A stretch of DNA of 64,000 nt from Symbiobacterium thermophilum (GCA_020725105.1 DYFQ01000011.1:1062-65061), one strand, 5' to 3'; numbered from the stretch's first letter, positions 24,277 to 33,169 are shown. A program made the numbers and translations. The notes: generated by a model not told the origin, from the sequence alone.

Positions 24277-25731
24277 ATGGGACTAGACACGGGGAGCGAA
24301 ACATTAGACCCTCGGGGCCAGCATGACTTCGTCAAGGACGCAGTCCACGGATACATAAGATTTACGAAGTCCCAGCCAAGCGAGGTCGCTGAATCGGACC
24401 TCCTGGATTCTCGATGGCTGCAGCGGCTTCGCCGCATTCGCCAGTTACAAAGTGCCTGGGTTGCTTATCCTTCTGCCGACCACACCCGGTTTGTCCACGC
24501 CATTGGCGTCATGCACTTGGCGGGGCATTTCGCTCGGGCCGTGTATCAGCCCTTTTACCAGCGTCACAGAAATGACTTTGGCGATCCGCTACCAGAACCT
24601 GACCATGTGGTAGAAACGTTCCGGATCGCAGGGCTGTTACACGACATAGGGCATGGGCCGTTCACCCACCTGGCAGACGAGGTGTATCTTTACCCTCAGT
24701 TCGGCGTCACCCACGAGACTATCGCCGCACAGATCATCCAGACTGAGCTGGCCGACGAGATCAGAGCGATCAGGAGATCTCCGCAAGGTGCTTTTGATGA
24801 CCGCTTGGACCCTCAGATCATCGCCCGCCTGATCACAAGGGGCGGCGAAGTCGAGTTGCCCCACGTCTGGCGCGCGTTGTGCCAGATCATGCGTGGCGCC
24901 TACGATGCCGATATCGTGGATTTCTTAGTTAGAGACTCTCTGCTGTGCGGCATGCCTGGCTTCAGCTTGGCCGATGGCCACCGACTCATGGAAACGAGTC
25001 TCCTTCACGAGGGCGCTTTCTGCCTTCACGAATCATCCCTGCCGGTTCTCAGCTTGCTGTTGCGGCATCGCCTTCACATGTTCGACGTTGTGTACTACCA
25101 TCGGACAGCCCGCGCTTTTGAGCTGAGCATACGCCAGCCTCTGGCAGAACTCATGAGGCGCCTGTTGCCTGATAACCCAACACACAATCTTGAGGCCTAT
25201 TACCGGTTGGACGAGTTCCAGTTCCTCAGCGGGGTCTTCGAGTTGGCTAGAACAGAACCCGATGGCCCCGCGGCGGAGATGGCCCGGGCTCTGGAGCGCC
25301 ACTTGACCTGGAAGGAAGTCTTCTATGCCGGCCGGTACGACGAGCGGGCTGCGGCGTCTTACCTCTTTGACTTGCCCAGGACTTCTGAAGAGATCGAATG
25401 GTTGATCGGCAGGCAACTTGCGGCCCAAGGAACTCCGGTCAACAACACGAACCATGCGGTATTCTTGGTCGACTTGCCCACGGTGACTAACCCTGCCGTC
25501 ATCTACGCCGGGGGTTCGCCCTTTGACCCGCCACCGCTCATGCTTTATCGCCCGCCAGGAAGGCTTATACCTACCGCGCAGCTGTTGACCAGAGAAGTGC
25601 CATTCGGCCGGCGGGCGTTGCGCGTGTATGTCAGGGATACGGTGGCAGAACCCGTTCGTCACCAGATCAGAGAGGCTATCGAAGGCCCGAGGTCCGCTCC
25701 ATCAGACCACGGGCAGTTGACAAACTACTGA
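24277..25731 (+). CDS. SAMHD1-type HD-domain dNTP triphosphohydrolase-like protein (COG1078-like)
   Basis: VKDAVHGYIRF, LLDSRWLQRLRRIRQLQSAWVAYPSADHTRFVHAIGVMHLA and AGLLHDIGHGPFTHLADE. The start lies 3 nt after the stop of the upstream gene. Confidence 0.85.
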   Translation: MGLDTGSETLDPRGQHDFVKDAVHGYIRFTKSQPSEVAESDLLDSRWLQRLRRIRQLQSAWVAYPSADHTRFVHAIGVMHLAGHFARAVYQPFYQRHRNDFGDPLPEPDHVVETFRIAGLLHDIGHGPFTHLADEVYLYPQFGVTHETIAAQIIQTELADEIRAIRRSPQGAFDDRLDPQIIARLITRGGEVELPHVWRALCQIMRGAYDADIVDFLVRDSLLCGMPGFSLADGHRLMETSLLHEGAFCLHESSLPVLSLLLRHRLHMFDVVYYHRTARAFELSIRQPLAELMRRLLPDNPTHNLEAYYRLDEFQFLSGVFELARTEPDGPAAEMARALERHLTWKEVFYAGRYDERAAASYLFDLPRTSEEIEWLIGRQLAAQGTPVNNTNHAVFLVDLPTVTNPAVIYAGGSPFDPPPLMLYRPPGRLIPTAQLLTREVPFGRRALRVYVRDTVAEPVRHQIREAIEGPRSAPSDHGQLTNY

Positions 25732-25739
25732 CGCCGCCC

Positions 25740-27077
25740 TCAGTTCTCCCTCAGTTCCCGCGTGCCCATGCCCAGGCCGGCCAGGAGCACCAGGAGCACG
25801 CCGCCGGTCAAGAGCAGCCACCGGGGGTCAAGGGGCGTGGCGGTGGCGACGAGGGCCACCGTCAGGCCGGACAGGCCGTCGCCCGCCCAGGCGGTCAGGT
25901 CCCAGAGGCTGTAGACCCGGCCCAGCTTTTCCTTGGGCACCCGCTCCTGCATGAGCGACGCGCTGGGCACTTCCATCCCGGCCATCGCCAGGCCGCCGAG
26001 GAACCCGCCCACCAGGAACACCCCGAGCGTGGGGCTCAGGGCCATGAGCACCATGGCCAGCCCCCACGCGCCGAACGAGGCCACCGTGATCCGGGACCTG
26101 TAGGGCACGCGGGGCGCGGCGCCCAGGGCGGCCATGCCCAGGATCACGCCGGTCGCCGCCACCGTGGTGAACAGCCCCAGGGCCTGGGGGCCGGCGCCCA
26201 GCACCTGCTTCAGGTACAGCACCCGGCCCACCGAGAACGGCCCCACCGCCACCAGCAGGCCCACGGCGAACAGAAGGATCAGGCTCCGGACCACCGGGGT
26301 CGCGACGGCGTAGCGGACGCCCTCCACCGCGCCCCCCCAGAAGCTGAGGCTGGGCGTCGCCTCCGGCGCCTCCCCGGGCCCCTCGGGCTCCCGCCGCTCC
26401 AGGGGGCCACCCAGGGCCAGCACCGCCGCGGACGCCAGGTGGAGCAGGCCCAGCAGGCCGAAAAGGGCCGGCGTCCCCGCCCGGGCCATGAACCAGCCGC
26501 CGGCCAGGGGAGCCGCGATGGCGAGCCCCTGTCCGGCCAGGCTCATGAGGGCGTTGGCCGGGAGCAGCCGCCCGGCGGGGACCACCAGCGAGAGCATGGC
26601 GAACCGGGCGGCGGAAAAGGACGCGCTGGCCACCGACAGGCCGCCGGCCACCATGAGGAGCTGGACCGCCGTCAGGTGCCCCAGGGCCGCCGCGGCCGGG
26701 AAGGAGGCGAAGAGGGCCGCCCGGGCCAGGTTGGCGGCGACCATCAGCCGGCGGCGGTTGAGCCGGTCCACCACCACCCCGATGACCAGGCCCAGCACCA
26801 CCGGAGGAAAGGCGCGGGCGAAGCCCACTGCCCCCATCAGCGCCTCGGACCCGGTGACCTCCAGCACCAGCCACAGGAGGGCCATCCGGTAGAGCACGTC
26901 GGCGGTGTGGTCCGGGACCTGGCTGGCCAGCAGCCGGCGGAAACCGGACAGCGCCAGGAGTTCCGCGTACCTGGCCCTGGTGGCGGCCAGGCCCGGCCCC
27001 GCGGCCGCCCTCACGCTCAAGGCTCTTCCCCCTCCGGCCCGCCCTCGGGCCCGGATGCCGGGCACCAGGTCCATCAT
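25740..27077 (-). CDS. MFS transporter (EntS/MFS_3-like)
   Basis: FRRLLASQVPDHTADVLYRMALLWLVLEVTGS and about 12 TM segments. I prefer the internal ATG pair (27077/27074) to the track start 27158. Confidence 0.8.
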   Translation of the reverse strand: MMDLVPGIRARGRAGGGRALSVRAAAGPGLAATRARYAELLALSGFRRLLASQVPDHTADVLYRMALLWLVLEVTGSEALMGAVGFARAFPPVVLGLVIGVVVDRLNRRRLMVAANLARAALFASFPAAAALGHLTAVQLLMVAGGLSVASASFSAARFAMLSLVVPAGRLLPANALMSLAGQGLAIAAPLAGGWFMARAGTPALFGLLGLLHLASAAVLALGGPLERREPEGPGEAPEATPSLSFWGGAVEGVRYAVATPVVRSLILLFAVGLLVAVGPFSVGRVLYLKQVLGAGPQALGLFTTVAATGVILGMAALGAAPRVPYRSRITVASFGAWGLAMVLMALSPTLGVFLVGGFLGGLAMAGMEVPSASLMQERVPKEKLGRVYSLWDLTAWAGDGLSGLTVALVATATPLDPRWLLLTGGVLLVLLAGLGMGTRELREN

Positions 27078-27129
27078 GCCGCCCGACCGACTTCGACAGC
27101 CTTCGCCGGCCGGGACGGCCGGCCCCTGT

Positions 27130-27420
27130 CGCCCGCCACCATGTACAACGTTTTTCACAAGGTGCTGGACCGGACGGGGCTCACCCGGCCGGGGCCGACC
27201 AACGGGTGTCGCCCCACCCGGAGCGGGACGTTGCCCTGTTCACCCTTTACCTCCCCGCCGCGCTGCGCCGCTCCGAGGCCACGTGCCTCAGGCTTGGCGA
27301 TCTGAACCTGGCGGAGCGCTCGCTGCGGGTGATGGGGGCCTACCAGCCAGGCCGGCGGGCGCGGGGCGACCCCGGCTCCGGGCCTGGCATTGCCGGAACG
27401 CCACGGTAAGCCTAGAATGA
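27130..27420 (+). pseudogene. Tyrosine recombinase (phage-integrase family) central fragment
   Basis: Fragments in two frames: TMYNVFHKVLDRTGLTRPG, then HPERDVALFTLYLPAALRRSEATCLRLGDLNLAERSLRVMG (compare RDRALLxLLYxTGLRxSExxxLxxxDxDL..LxVxGKG). The catalytic C-terminal domain is absent. Confidence 0.5.
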
Positions 27421-27455
27421 AGTAGCCGACGTGATCCTGACATCGGAGGCCGGGG

Positions 27456-27857
27456 GTGGCGGCGGTGCGGGACGAAGTGCGCAACCGGTTTCGCCAGGCT
27501 GAAGCGGAACTGCTGGCCGCCCGCGACAACGTGCCGCTGGGCCACTACTCTGTGGCGGCCTTCGCGGCGCACCAGGCAGCCGAAATGGCCCTCAAGGCCC
27601 TCATCATCCACCGCCACCGCCGCATGCCGCTGAAGACTCATAACCTGCTCGGCCTTGCCGAAGACCTGGGAGACGTCCCGGACGGAGTCCTGTCCGACCT
27701 GAGGCTCCTGAACCCGGAGTACGCCGTCTCCCGCTACCCCGCTGCCGCCAACGGCGTGCCGGCGGAGAATTACGATGCCCCCAAGACCCAACGCATCATT
27801 GAAGCTGCGGAACGGGTGTGGCAGTGGGCCGCCTCGGCGTTGACCTGGCCGGCCTGA
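27456..27857 (+). CDS. HEPN-domain protein (pair 1)
   Basis: GTG lies 7 nt after GGAGG. FRQAEAELLAARDNVPLGHYSVAAFAAHQAAEMALKALI..SRYP fits the HEPN (PF05168-type) pattern. Confidence 0.8.
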   Translation: MAAVRDEVRNRFRQAEAELLAARDNVPLGHYSVAAFAAHQAAEMALKALIIHRHRRMPLKTHNLLGLAEDLGDVPDGVLSDLRLLNPEYAVSRYPAAANGVPAENYDAPKTQRIIEAAERVWQWAASALTWPA

Positions 27858-28162
27858 GCCGGTTCCTGGAACGGGTCCACCGCCGCTTTCCGCTGGAGCG
27901 GGCGATCCTCTTCGGCTCCCGGGCCAGAGGCACCGAGCTTGAAGAGTCCGACTACGACGTGATCCTGGTCTCCGAGAGCTTCGCCGAGGTGTCCTTCACC
28001 GAGCGGATCCGGGCGGTGCAGGACGCCTGGGACCTTCCCGAGGCGCTCGAGGTCTTCTGCTACACCCCGGCCGAGTTCCGGCGCCAGCAGGGGCGCATCT
28101 CCACCGTCGCCGAGGCCGTTCGCGAAGGCAGGTCGCTCCCGCTGCCCCGGGCCGAGGTATAG
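27818..28162 (+). CDS. Minimal nucleotidyltransferase (MNT, pair 1)
   Basis: ILFGSRARGTELEESDYDVILVSE (the GS..D.D polymerase-beta-type NTase motif). It overlaps the 3' end of the HEPN gene. Confidence 0.8.
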   Translation: MAVGRLGVDLAGLSRFLERVHRRFPLERAILFGSRARGTELEESDYDVILVSESFAEVSFTERIRAVQDAWDLPEALEVFCYTPAEFRRQQGRISTVAEAVREGRSLPLPRAEV

Positions 28163-28192
28163 TGCCATGCCACGCTCCCTCGCCAGGCCCGG

Positions 28193-28489
28193 CTACTCCG
28201 TCACTTCGTTGACCAGATCGAGAGCGGCGCGCGCGTCCTCCCAGGTGACGTTGCCGCCTGCTCCCGCGTCCGCCAGCCGATCCATGGCGACGCGTACGGG
28301 AACGTCCAGCCACTCGGCCGCCTCGCGAAGGCTGATCTGCCCGACGGCGAATAGCTGGGCCACGTAGCGATCCAGGCCCACCGAGACGATCCGGCGTAGT
28401 GCCGTGGAACGGTCGAGCCCCTCGCGCTCCGCTACACGCTTGACCGCCGCGGCGATTGACTCAGGCAGACGGACTGGCACCACTTCCAC
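28193..28489 (-). CDS. UPF0175-family antitoxin-like protein
   Basis: AQLFAVGQISLREAAEWLDVPVRVAMDRLADAG resembles the UPF0175 pattern (lyreGkiSlgkAAelagms..efmelL). It lies 6 nt downstream of the PIN gene. Confidence 0.65.
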   Translation of the reverse strand: MEVVPVRLPESIAAAVKRVAEREGLDRSTALRRIVSVGLDRYVAQLFAVGQISLREAAEWLDVPVRVAMDRLADAGAGGNVTWEDARAALDLVNEVTE

Positions 28490-28495
28490 GAGCCT

Positions 28496-29005
28496 TCAGT
28501 CTCCCTTCCCTTCATAGGCGGCCAGCGCCATCCGGCATGACTCGTACTCCGCCGCGCTCACCATGGGCCGGAGGGCTTCCAGCCAGCCACGGGCTTCCTT
28601 TGTCGCAGCCTTGCCTTGGCGCACCGCCAGCACGAGGAGGGCACCAGGTGTGATTCCCCGTACGCCCAAGAGCAGCAGGCGCTGGAGCACCCGGTGGTCG
28701 TCGGTGACGAGCCAGCGCCGCTGCCCCGCCAAGCTCTTGAATAGCCGGTAGACTTCCCGCTCCCCTCCTTCAGGCAGAGCGGCTTCTTCCGGGGTAGGCT
28801 TGGCTTCGGTCATGACGCGAATCCGGCCCGCGTCTACGTTACGCTTCAGGACCGCGGCATCATCGTAACGATGCCTCAACCCCTCGACGATCGCCTCCCG
28901 GTGCACCGCTTCCGGAATGACGATGTTGAAAGCTGCGGTTAGCCGGCTCTTGGCCCCGCAGCGGGTCAGTTTGATCAGGGCATCCGTGTCCGCGACTAAC
29001 CGCAT
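28496..29005 (-). CDS. PIN-like (DUF3368-type) nuclease
   Basis: MRLVADTDALIKL; GEREVYRLFKSLAGQRRWLVTDDHRVLQRLLLLGVRGITPGALLVLAVRQGK fits the DUF3368/PIN layout. Confidence 0.7.
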   Translation of the reverse strand: MRLVADTDALIKLTRCGAKSRLTAAFNIVIPEAVHREAIVEGLRHRYDDAAVLKRNVDAGRIRVMTEAKPTPEEAALPEGGEREVYRLFKSLAGQRRWLVTDDHRVLQRLLLLGVRGITPGALLVLAVRQGKAATKEARGWLEALRPMVSAAEYESCRMALAAYEGKGD

Positions 29006-29078
29006 CGTATACCCATCATAGCACAGGTATACTTGGCGTGCTCAGGGAATCCTTAGGCTTTCAATGGCCCAGTGCCAA

Positions 29079-29582
29079 TTACCGGTGCATGGGCCAGCTG
29101 CCCTGAAGCTTCCGGAAGAACAAGATCTGGGCCGCGTGGTAGCTGTCGTGGAGCGCCGCGCCGTAGACCAGGGCGGCCCGCGGCTCGGTGCGCCCGGGCT
29201 GGGGCGTAGCCAGCGCCTGGTCGCCCAGGGACTCGGCGTAGGCCCTGAACTCCCGGTGCAGTTCGCGGAAGCAGCTGACCGCCGCCTGCCAGCCAGCCTC
29301 GTCGGCCGGGTCGGCGTCGGTTTCCCAGTGAAGCTCCTCGGGCTGGTTGCCCGTCACCCGTTCCCCCCGCAGGTTTCTGAGGGCCCACTCCTTCCAGTAG
29401 ATCATGTGGTGCACCACTTCCCAGATGCACCGGTGGTCCGGGCCGGGCCGCCAGGCCGCCTGGGCGGCGGTCAGCCCCTCCACCGCTTGGCCCGCCGGGA
29501 CGTGCCAGGACTCCTTCTCGAAGGAGTGGTCCAGACTTCCCAGGACGACGCCGGTCACGCCGGTCGCGCGCAACTCATCCAC
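29079..29582 (-). CDS. DinB-family (DinB_2) metal-dependent protein
   Basis: GTG at 29582 is preceded by GGGGAGGGAG. WEVVHHMIYWKEWALRNL and ALHDSYHAAQILFFRKL supply the His triad-like helices. The track ORF start at 29882 is probably too far upstream. Confidence 0.75.
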   Translation of the reverse strand: MDELRATGVTGVVLGSLDHSFEKESWHVPAGQAVEGLTAAQAAWRPGPDHRCIWEVVHHMIYWKEWALRNLRGERVTGNQPEELHWETDADPADEAGWQAAVSCFRELHREFRAYAESLGDQALATPQPGRTEPRAALVYGAALHDSYHAAQILFFRKLQGSWPMHR

Positions 29583-29778
29583 CGGGCTCCCTCCCCGCAG
29601 GGGATGCTCCAGAGTTCGGGGTCGCTTCGACCCGGTAATACGCCACGAAACAGACGTTCCCTGGCTTTTGGACTTGTCGTGAGCAGCCTGGAGCTTTTTC
29701 GCAGGGCAGCTACCGCCTGCTTGCAGGCCGACCAGCCCGAGGAGGGTTTCGACTCCGGCGCCGGGAATCTGGCCGCCC

Positions 29779-30492
29779 ATGAAGGCCCACCCGAGGCGTG
29801 ACGCCCGACAGGTCGAATGGGAAGCTCTCCGGCAGGCCATCATCGGCTGCGAGGCCTGCCCCCGGCTGCGGGCACACTGCACCGCCGTGGCGCGGACAAA
29901 GCGCCGCCAGTACCGCGACGAGCCTTACTGGGGTCGGCCGGTGCCGGGCTTCGGGGATCCGGACGCGCGGCTCCTGGTGGTCGGCCTGGCTCCCGCGGCC
30001 CACGGGGCCAACCGCACCGGCCGGATGTTCACCGGCGACGCCTCGGGCGACTGGCTCTACGAGGCGCTTCACCGGATCGGGCTCGCCACCGCGCCCACCT
30101 CACGCCGTCGCGACGATGGCCTCCGGCTCAGCGGCGCCTACATCACCGCCTCGGTCCGCTGCGCGCCGCCCGGCAACCGGCCCACCACCGGTGAGCGGGC
30201 CAACTGCCGGCCGTTTCTGGAGCGGGAGCTTGACCTGCTCCCGAACCTTCAGGTCATCGTGTGCCTGGGGCACGTGGCCTTCGAGACGGTGACGAGGCTC
30301 TTGGCCGAACGGGGGCACGCCACCCGTGGCCTCGAGTTCCGCCACGGCGCCGTCCACCGTCCCGGCGCGGGGACGCCGGTCATCGTGGCCAGCTATCACC
30401 CGAGCCGGCAGAACACCCAGACCGGCCGGCTGACCCGGGTCATGTGGCACGAGGTGTTCGACCGGGTGCGGGAGTTGCTCGCCGCTCGGTAA
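29779..30492 (+). CDS. Uracil-DNA glycosylase superfamily, family 5 (UDGb)-like
   Basis: CEACPRL, LLVVGLAPAAHGANRTGRMFTGDASGDWL (GLAPAxHGxNRTG is the family-5 motif rather than the family-4 GEAPG) and SYHPSRQN. Confidence 0.85.
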   Translation: MKAHPRRDARQVEWEALRQAIIGCEACPRLRAHCTAVARTKRRQYRDEPYWGRPVPGFGDPDARLLVVGLAPAAHGANRTGRMFTGDASGDWLYEALHRIGLATAPTSRRRDDGLRLSGAYITASVRCAPPGNRPTTGERANCRPFLERELDLLPNLQVIVCLGHVAFETVTRLLAERGHATRGLEFRHGAVHRPGAGTPVIVASYHPSRQNTQTGRLTRVMWHEVFDRVRELLAAR

Positions 30493-30880
30493 CGCCACGG
30501 CCTGGCTCCTTCGTGAACGTGGTGCCAGCTGACCCGCGCCCACCAGATTCAGCCGGCCCCGGCAGGTAGTCCCGGGGCCGGCAGACCAGCACCCCCTGGA
30601 CGCGGCGGCCGAAGTAGGGTCCGAAGTGCTGCCGGTCGCCGGTCACAAGGTGGGTTGCCCCCGCCGCCACGGCCGCCAGGAGCACCAGCCGGTCCGGCTC
30701 CGGAAGGGCGACCGGCGTAGGAGTGGCCGGGTCGGCCTCGCCCACCTGCTCCACCGAGGCCAGGAGTTCCTCCAGATGCTACACCATCGGCGCACCGCCC
30801 GCCGCCCGGGAATGCTGCGCGCCCCCGGGCCCACCCCTTCGCTGGCAGCGATAGGGAAAAAGCGGGCCAACCCCGTATAG
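30440..30880 (-). pseudogene. PIN_3-type toxin relic
   Basis: HLEELLASVEQVGEADPATPTPVALPEPDRLVLLAAVAAGATHLVTGDRQHF is PIN C-terminal-like. My translation shows an in-frame TAG just upstream (..MV*HLEE..). No recognisable N-terminal D-box. The reading frame runs on into the UDG 3' end. Confidence 0.4.
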
Positions 30881-30882
30881 AC

Positions 30883-31338
30883 ATGGCGGCAGGGGAAGGG
30901 AGGGCGGTTCAAGTGGCCAGTGAGTGGTTTTCCCAGGCGTGGGCCGAGGAGTGGTGCCGGGAGATAAACGCCAGCGAGGCCTACAAGAAAGCGGCGGCCA
31001 CGTGGGAGTGGCCCCTGGTGCTGTCGCTCATGGCGGATCCGGGCGTGGGCGTGACGGAAGACCGGGCGGTCTGGGTCGACCTCTACCACGGCGAGTGCCG
31101 CGGCGCCCGGGTGGCCGGCCAGGCGGACCTGGAAACGGCCCCCTACGTCGTCGCGGGTGATCCCTACACCTGGAAGCAGGTGCTCGACGGCAGGCTCGAG
31201 CCCCTCGCCGCCCTCATGCAGGGGCGGCTGAAGCTGGTGAAGGGCCAGGTGGCCAGCCTGGCGGCCTACGCCGTCGCCGCCCGGGAGCTGGTCATCGCCG
31301 CCCGCCGCGTTGACACCGCGCTGCCCGAGGGACTCTAG
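30883..31338 (+). CDS. SCP2 sterol-carrier-like domain protein
   Basis: WAEEWCREINASEAYKKAAATWEWPLVL..YTWKQVLDGRLEPLAALMQGRLKLVKG is the typical SCP2 C-terminal pattern. Confidence 0.7.
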   Translation: MAAGEGRAVQVASEWFSQAWAEEWCREINASEAYKKAAATWEWPLVLSLMADPGVGVTEDRAVWVDLYHGECRGARVAGQADLETAPYVVAGDPYTWKQVLDGRLEPLAALMQGRLKLVKGQVASLAAYAVAARELVIAARRVDTALPEGL

Positions 31339-31354
31339 GAAGGGGGCGCGGGCC

Positions 31355-32398
31355 ATGCGGGCCATAACCTACCAGGCGGTGGAGGAGGTCAGGGTCCAGG
31401 ACGTACCCGAACCGGCCGTCCAGGACCCCACCGATGTGGTCATCCGGGTCACCCTGGCGGCCATCTGCGGCTCCGACCTCCACCTCTACCACGGCAGGAT
31501 CCCGGGCCTGGTGCCCGGTTACGTGCTGGGCCACGAGTACGTGGGCGTGGTCCAGGAGGTCGGCCCGCAGGTGCGGACGCTGGTGCCGGGCGACCGGGTC
31601 ACCGGCGCCTTCAACCCGGCCTGCGGCGCCTGCGGGCCCTGCCGGCGGGGCCAGTACAACCTGTGCCCCAACGGCGGCGTCCTCGGCTACGGACTGGCGT
31701 TTGGCAACCTCGGCGGCACCCAGGCCGAGTATGCCAGGATTCCCTTTGCCGACACCACGCTCCGAAAGGTTCCCGACCACGTCACCGACGAGCAGGCCAT
31801 CTTCACCGGCGACGTCCTCACCACCGCCTACGGAGCCGTCAAGAACTCGGGCCTGGTCCCCGGCGAGACGGTGGCCGTGATCGGGGCGGGCCCCGTCGGC
31901 CTGATGGCCGTGCAGAGCGCCCGGGTCCGCGGCGCCGGCCGGGTCATCGCCGTCGACCTGATTCCCGAGCGGCTGGAGCTTGCCGAGCGGCTGGGCGCGG
32001 TCCCCATAAACGCCGCCGCCGCCAACCCCGTGAGCCGGGTGCTCTCGCTCACCGGCGGTGACGGCGCCGACGTGGTGGTGGAGGCCGTCGGCGGCACAAA
32101 GACCATCCTCATGGCCTTCGACCTGGTGCGCCCGGGCGGGCGGGTCATGGCCGTCGGGATCACCTCCGAGGAGACCCTCGAGTACCCGCTCATGGCGAGC
32201 CTGTCAAAGGACGTGACCTTCCGGATCGGGGTGGCCAACGTCGTCCGGGACATCGACGAGACCCTTTCCCTGGTGGCCGCCGGCCGCATCGACCCCACCG
32301 CCGTCGTCAGTCACCGGCTTCCCCTGGCCGAGGTGCCCGACGGCTACCGGCTCTTCGCCGAGCGGAAGATACTGAAGGCCCTGGTCGTGCCGGACTGA
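31355..32398 (+). CDS. Zinc-dependent alcohol dehydrogenase (MDR family)
   Basis: ATG at 31355 follows AGGAAGGGGG. ICGSDLHLYHG, GHEYVGVV, CGACGPCRRGQYNLC and GAGPVGLMAV. Confidence 0.85.
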   Translation: MRAITYQAVEEVRVQDVPEPAVQDPTDVVIRVTLAAICGSDLHLYHGRIPGLVPGYVLGHEYVGVVQEVGPQVRTLVPGDRVTGAFNPACGACGPCRRGQYNLCPNGGVLGYGLAFGNLGGTQAEYARIPFADTTLRKVPDHVTDEQAIFTGDVLTTAYGAVKNSGLVPGETVAVIGAGPVGLMAVQSARVRGAGRVIAVDLIPERLELAERLGAVPINAAAANPVSRVLSLTGGDGADVVVEAVGGTKTILMAFDLVRPGGRVMAVGITSEETLEYPLMASLSKDVTFRIGVANVVRDIDETLSLVAAGRIDPTAVVSHRLPLAEVPDGYRLFAERKILKALVVPD

Positions 32399-32442
32399 GC
32401 GGCGCTGCCCCACGGATTTCAGGAAAGGCAGGGATACATTCG

Positions 32443-32862
32443 GTGCCGGAGCGAGCCGAGGACTGGCTGAGCCAGGCCGAGCGTGACCTGGAGCACGCCA
32501 GGCACGCGCGGGAGGCCGGGCACCACGAGTGGGCGTGCTTCGCCGCGCAGCAGGCGGCGGAGGAGGCGGTCAAGGGCCTGTTCCAGAAGCTCGGGGCCGA
32601 CGCTTGGGGCCACTCGGTGTTCGGTCTGCTGCAGTCGCTCCCGGAGCAGGCGCGGCCGCCGGAAAGGCTGTATGATCTGGCCAGGACCCTGGATCGGCAC
32701 TACGTGGGCACGCGGTATCCCAACGCCCATCCGGAGGGACCGCCGTACCGCTACTACACTCGGGAGGACGCCGACCGTGCGCTCAGCCAGGCGGAAGAGA
32801 TCGTCGGCTTCTGTGCGGGTCACGTTTCTGGACCGGGCTCAGGTCCTGAGGGCCCTGGCTGA
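32443..32862 (+). CDS. HEPN-domain protein (pair 2)
   Basis: WLSQAERDLEHARHAREAGHHEWACFAAQQAAEEAVKGLF..GTRYP. Confidence 0.8.
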   Translation: MPERAEDWLSQAERDLEHARHAREAGHHEWACFAAQQAAEEAVKGLFQKLGADAWGHSVFGLLQSLPEQARPPERLYDLARTLDRHYVGTRYPNAHPEGPPYRYYTREDADRALSQAEEIVGFCAGHVSGPGSGPEGPG

Positions 32863-33169
32863 GCGCGTGGCGGAGCTGGCCGCCCGAGCGCCCGAGCTGG
32901 AAACCGCGGTGCTCTTCGGATCGCTGGCGCGGGGCCGGGCGGTGCCCGGCAGCGACGCCGACCTGCTGCTCGTCCTCAGCCACAGCGACCTGCCCTGGCT
33001 GGAGCGGCTTTCGCGATACGCCGTTCGGCCGGCGGCCGGCGTGGCCGTGGAAGTCTTCCCCTACACCCGGGCCGAGCTTGACCGGATGCGGGCGGAAGGG
33101 AACCAGTTCGTCCGGCGGGCGCTGGAGGAGGGGCAGGTCCTGTTCGAGCGGGCAGAGCGGTTACCGTAG
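32813..33169 (+). CDS. Minimal nucleotidyltransferase (MNT, pair 2)
   Basis: GTG at 32813 is in the frame of track ORF 32483..33169. VLFGSLARGRAVPGSDADLLLVL. It overlaps the HEPN 3' end. Confidence 0.8.
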   Translation: MRVTFLDRAQVLRALAERVAELAARAPELETAVLFGSLARGRAVPGSDADLLLVLSHSDLPWLERLSRYAVRPAAGVAVEVFPYTRAELDRMRAEGNQFVRRALEEGQVLFERAERLP

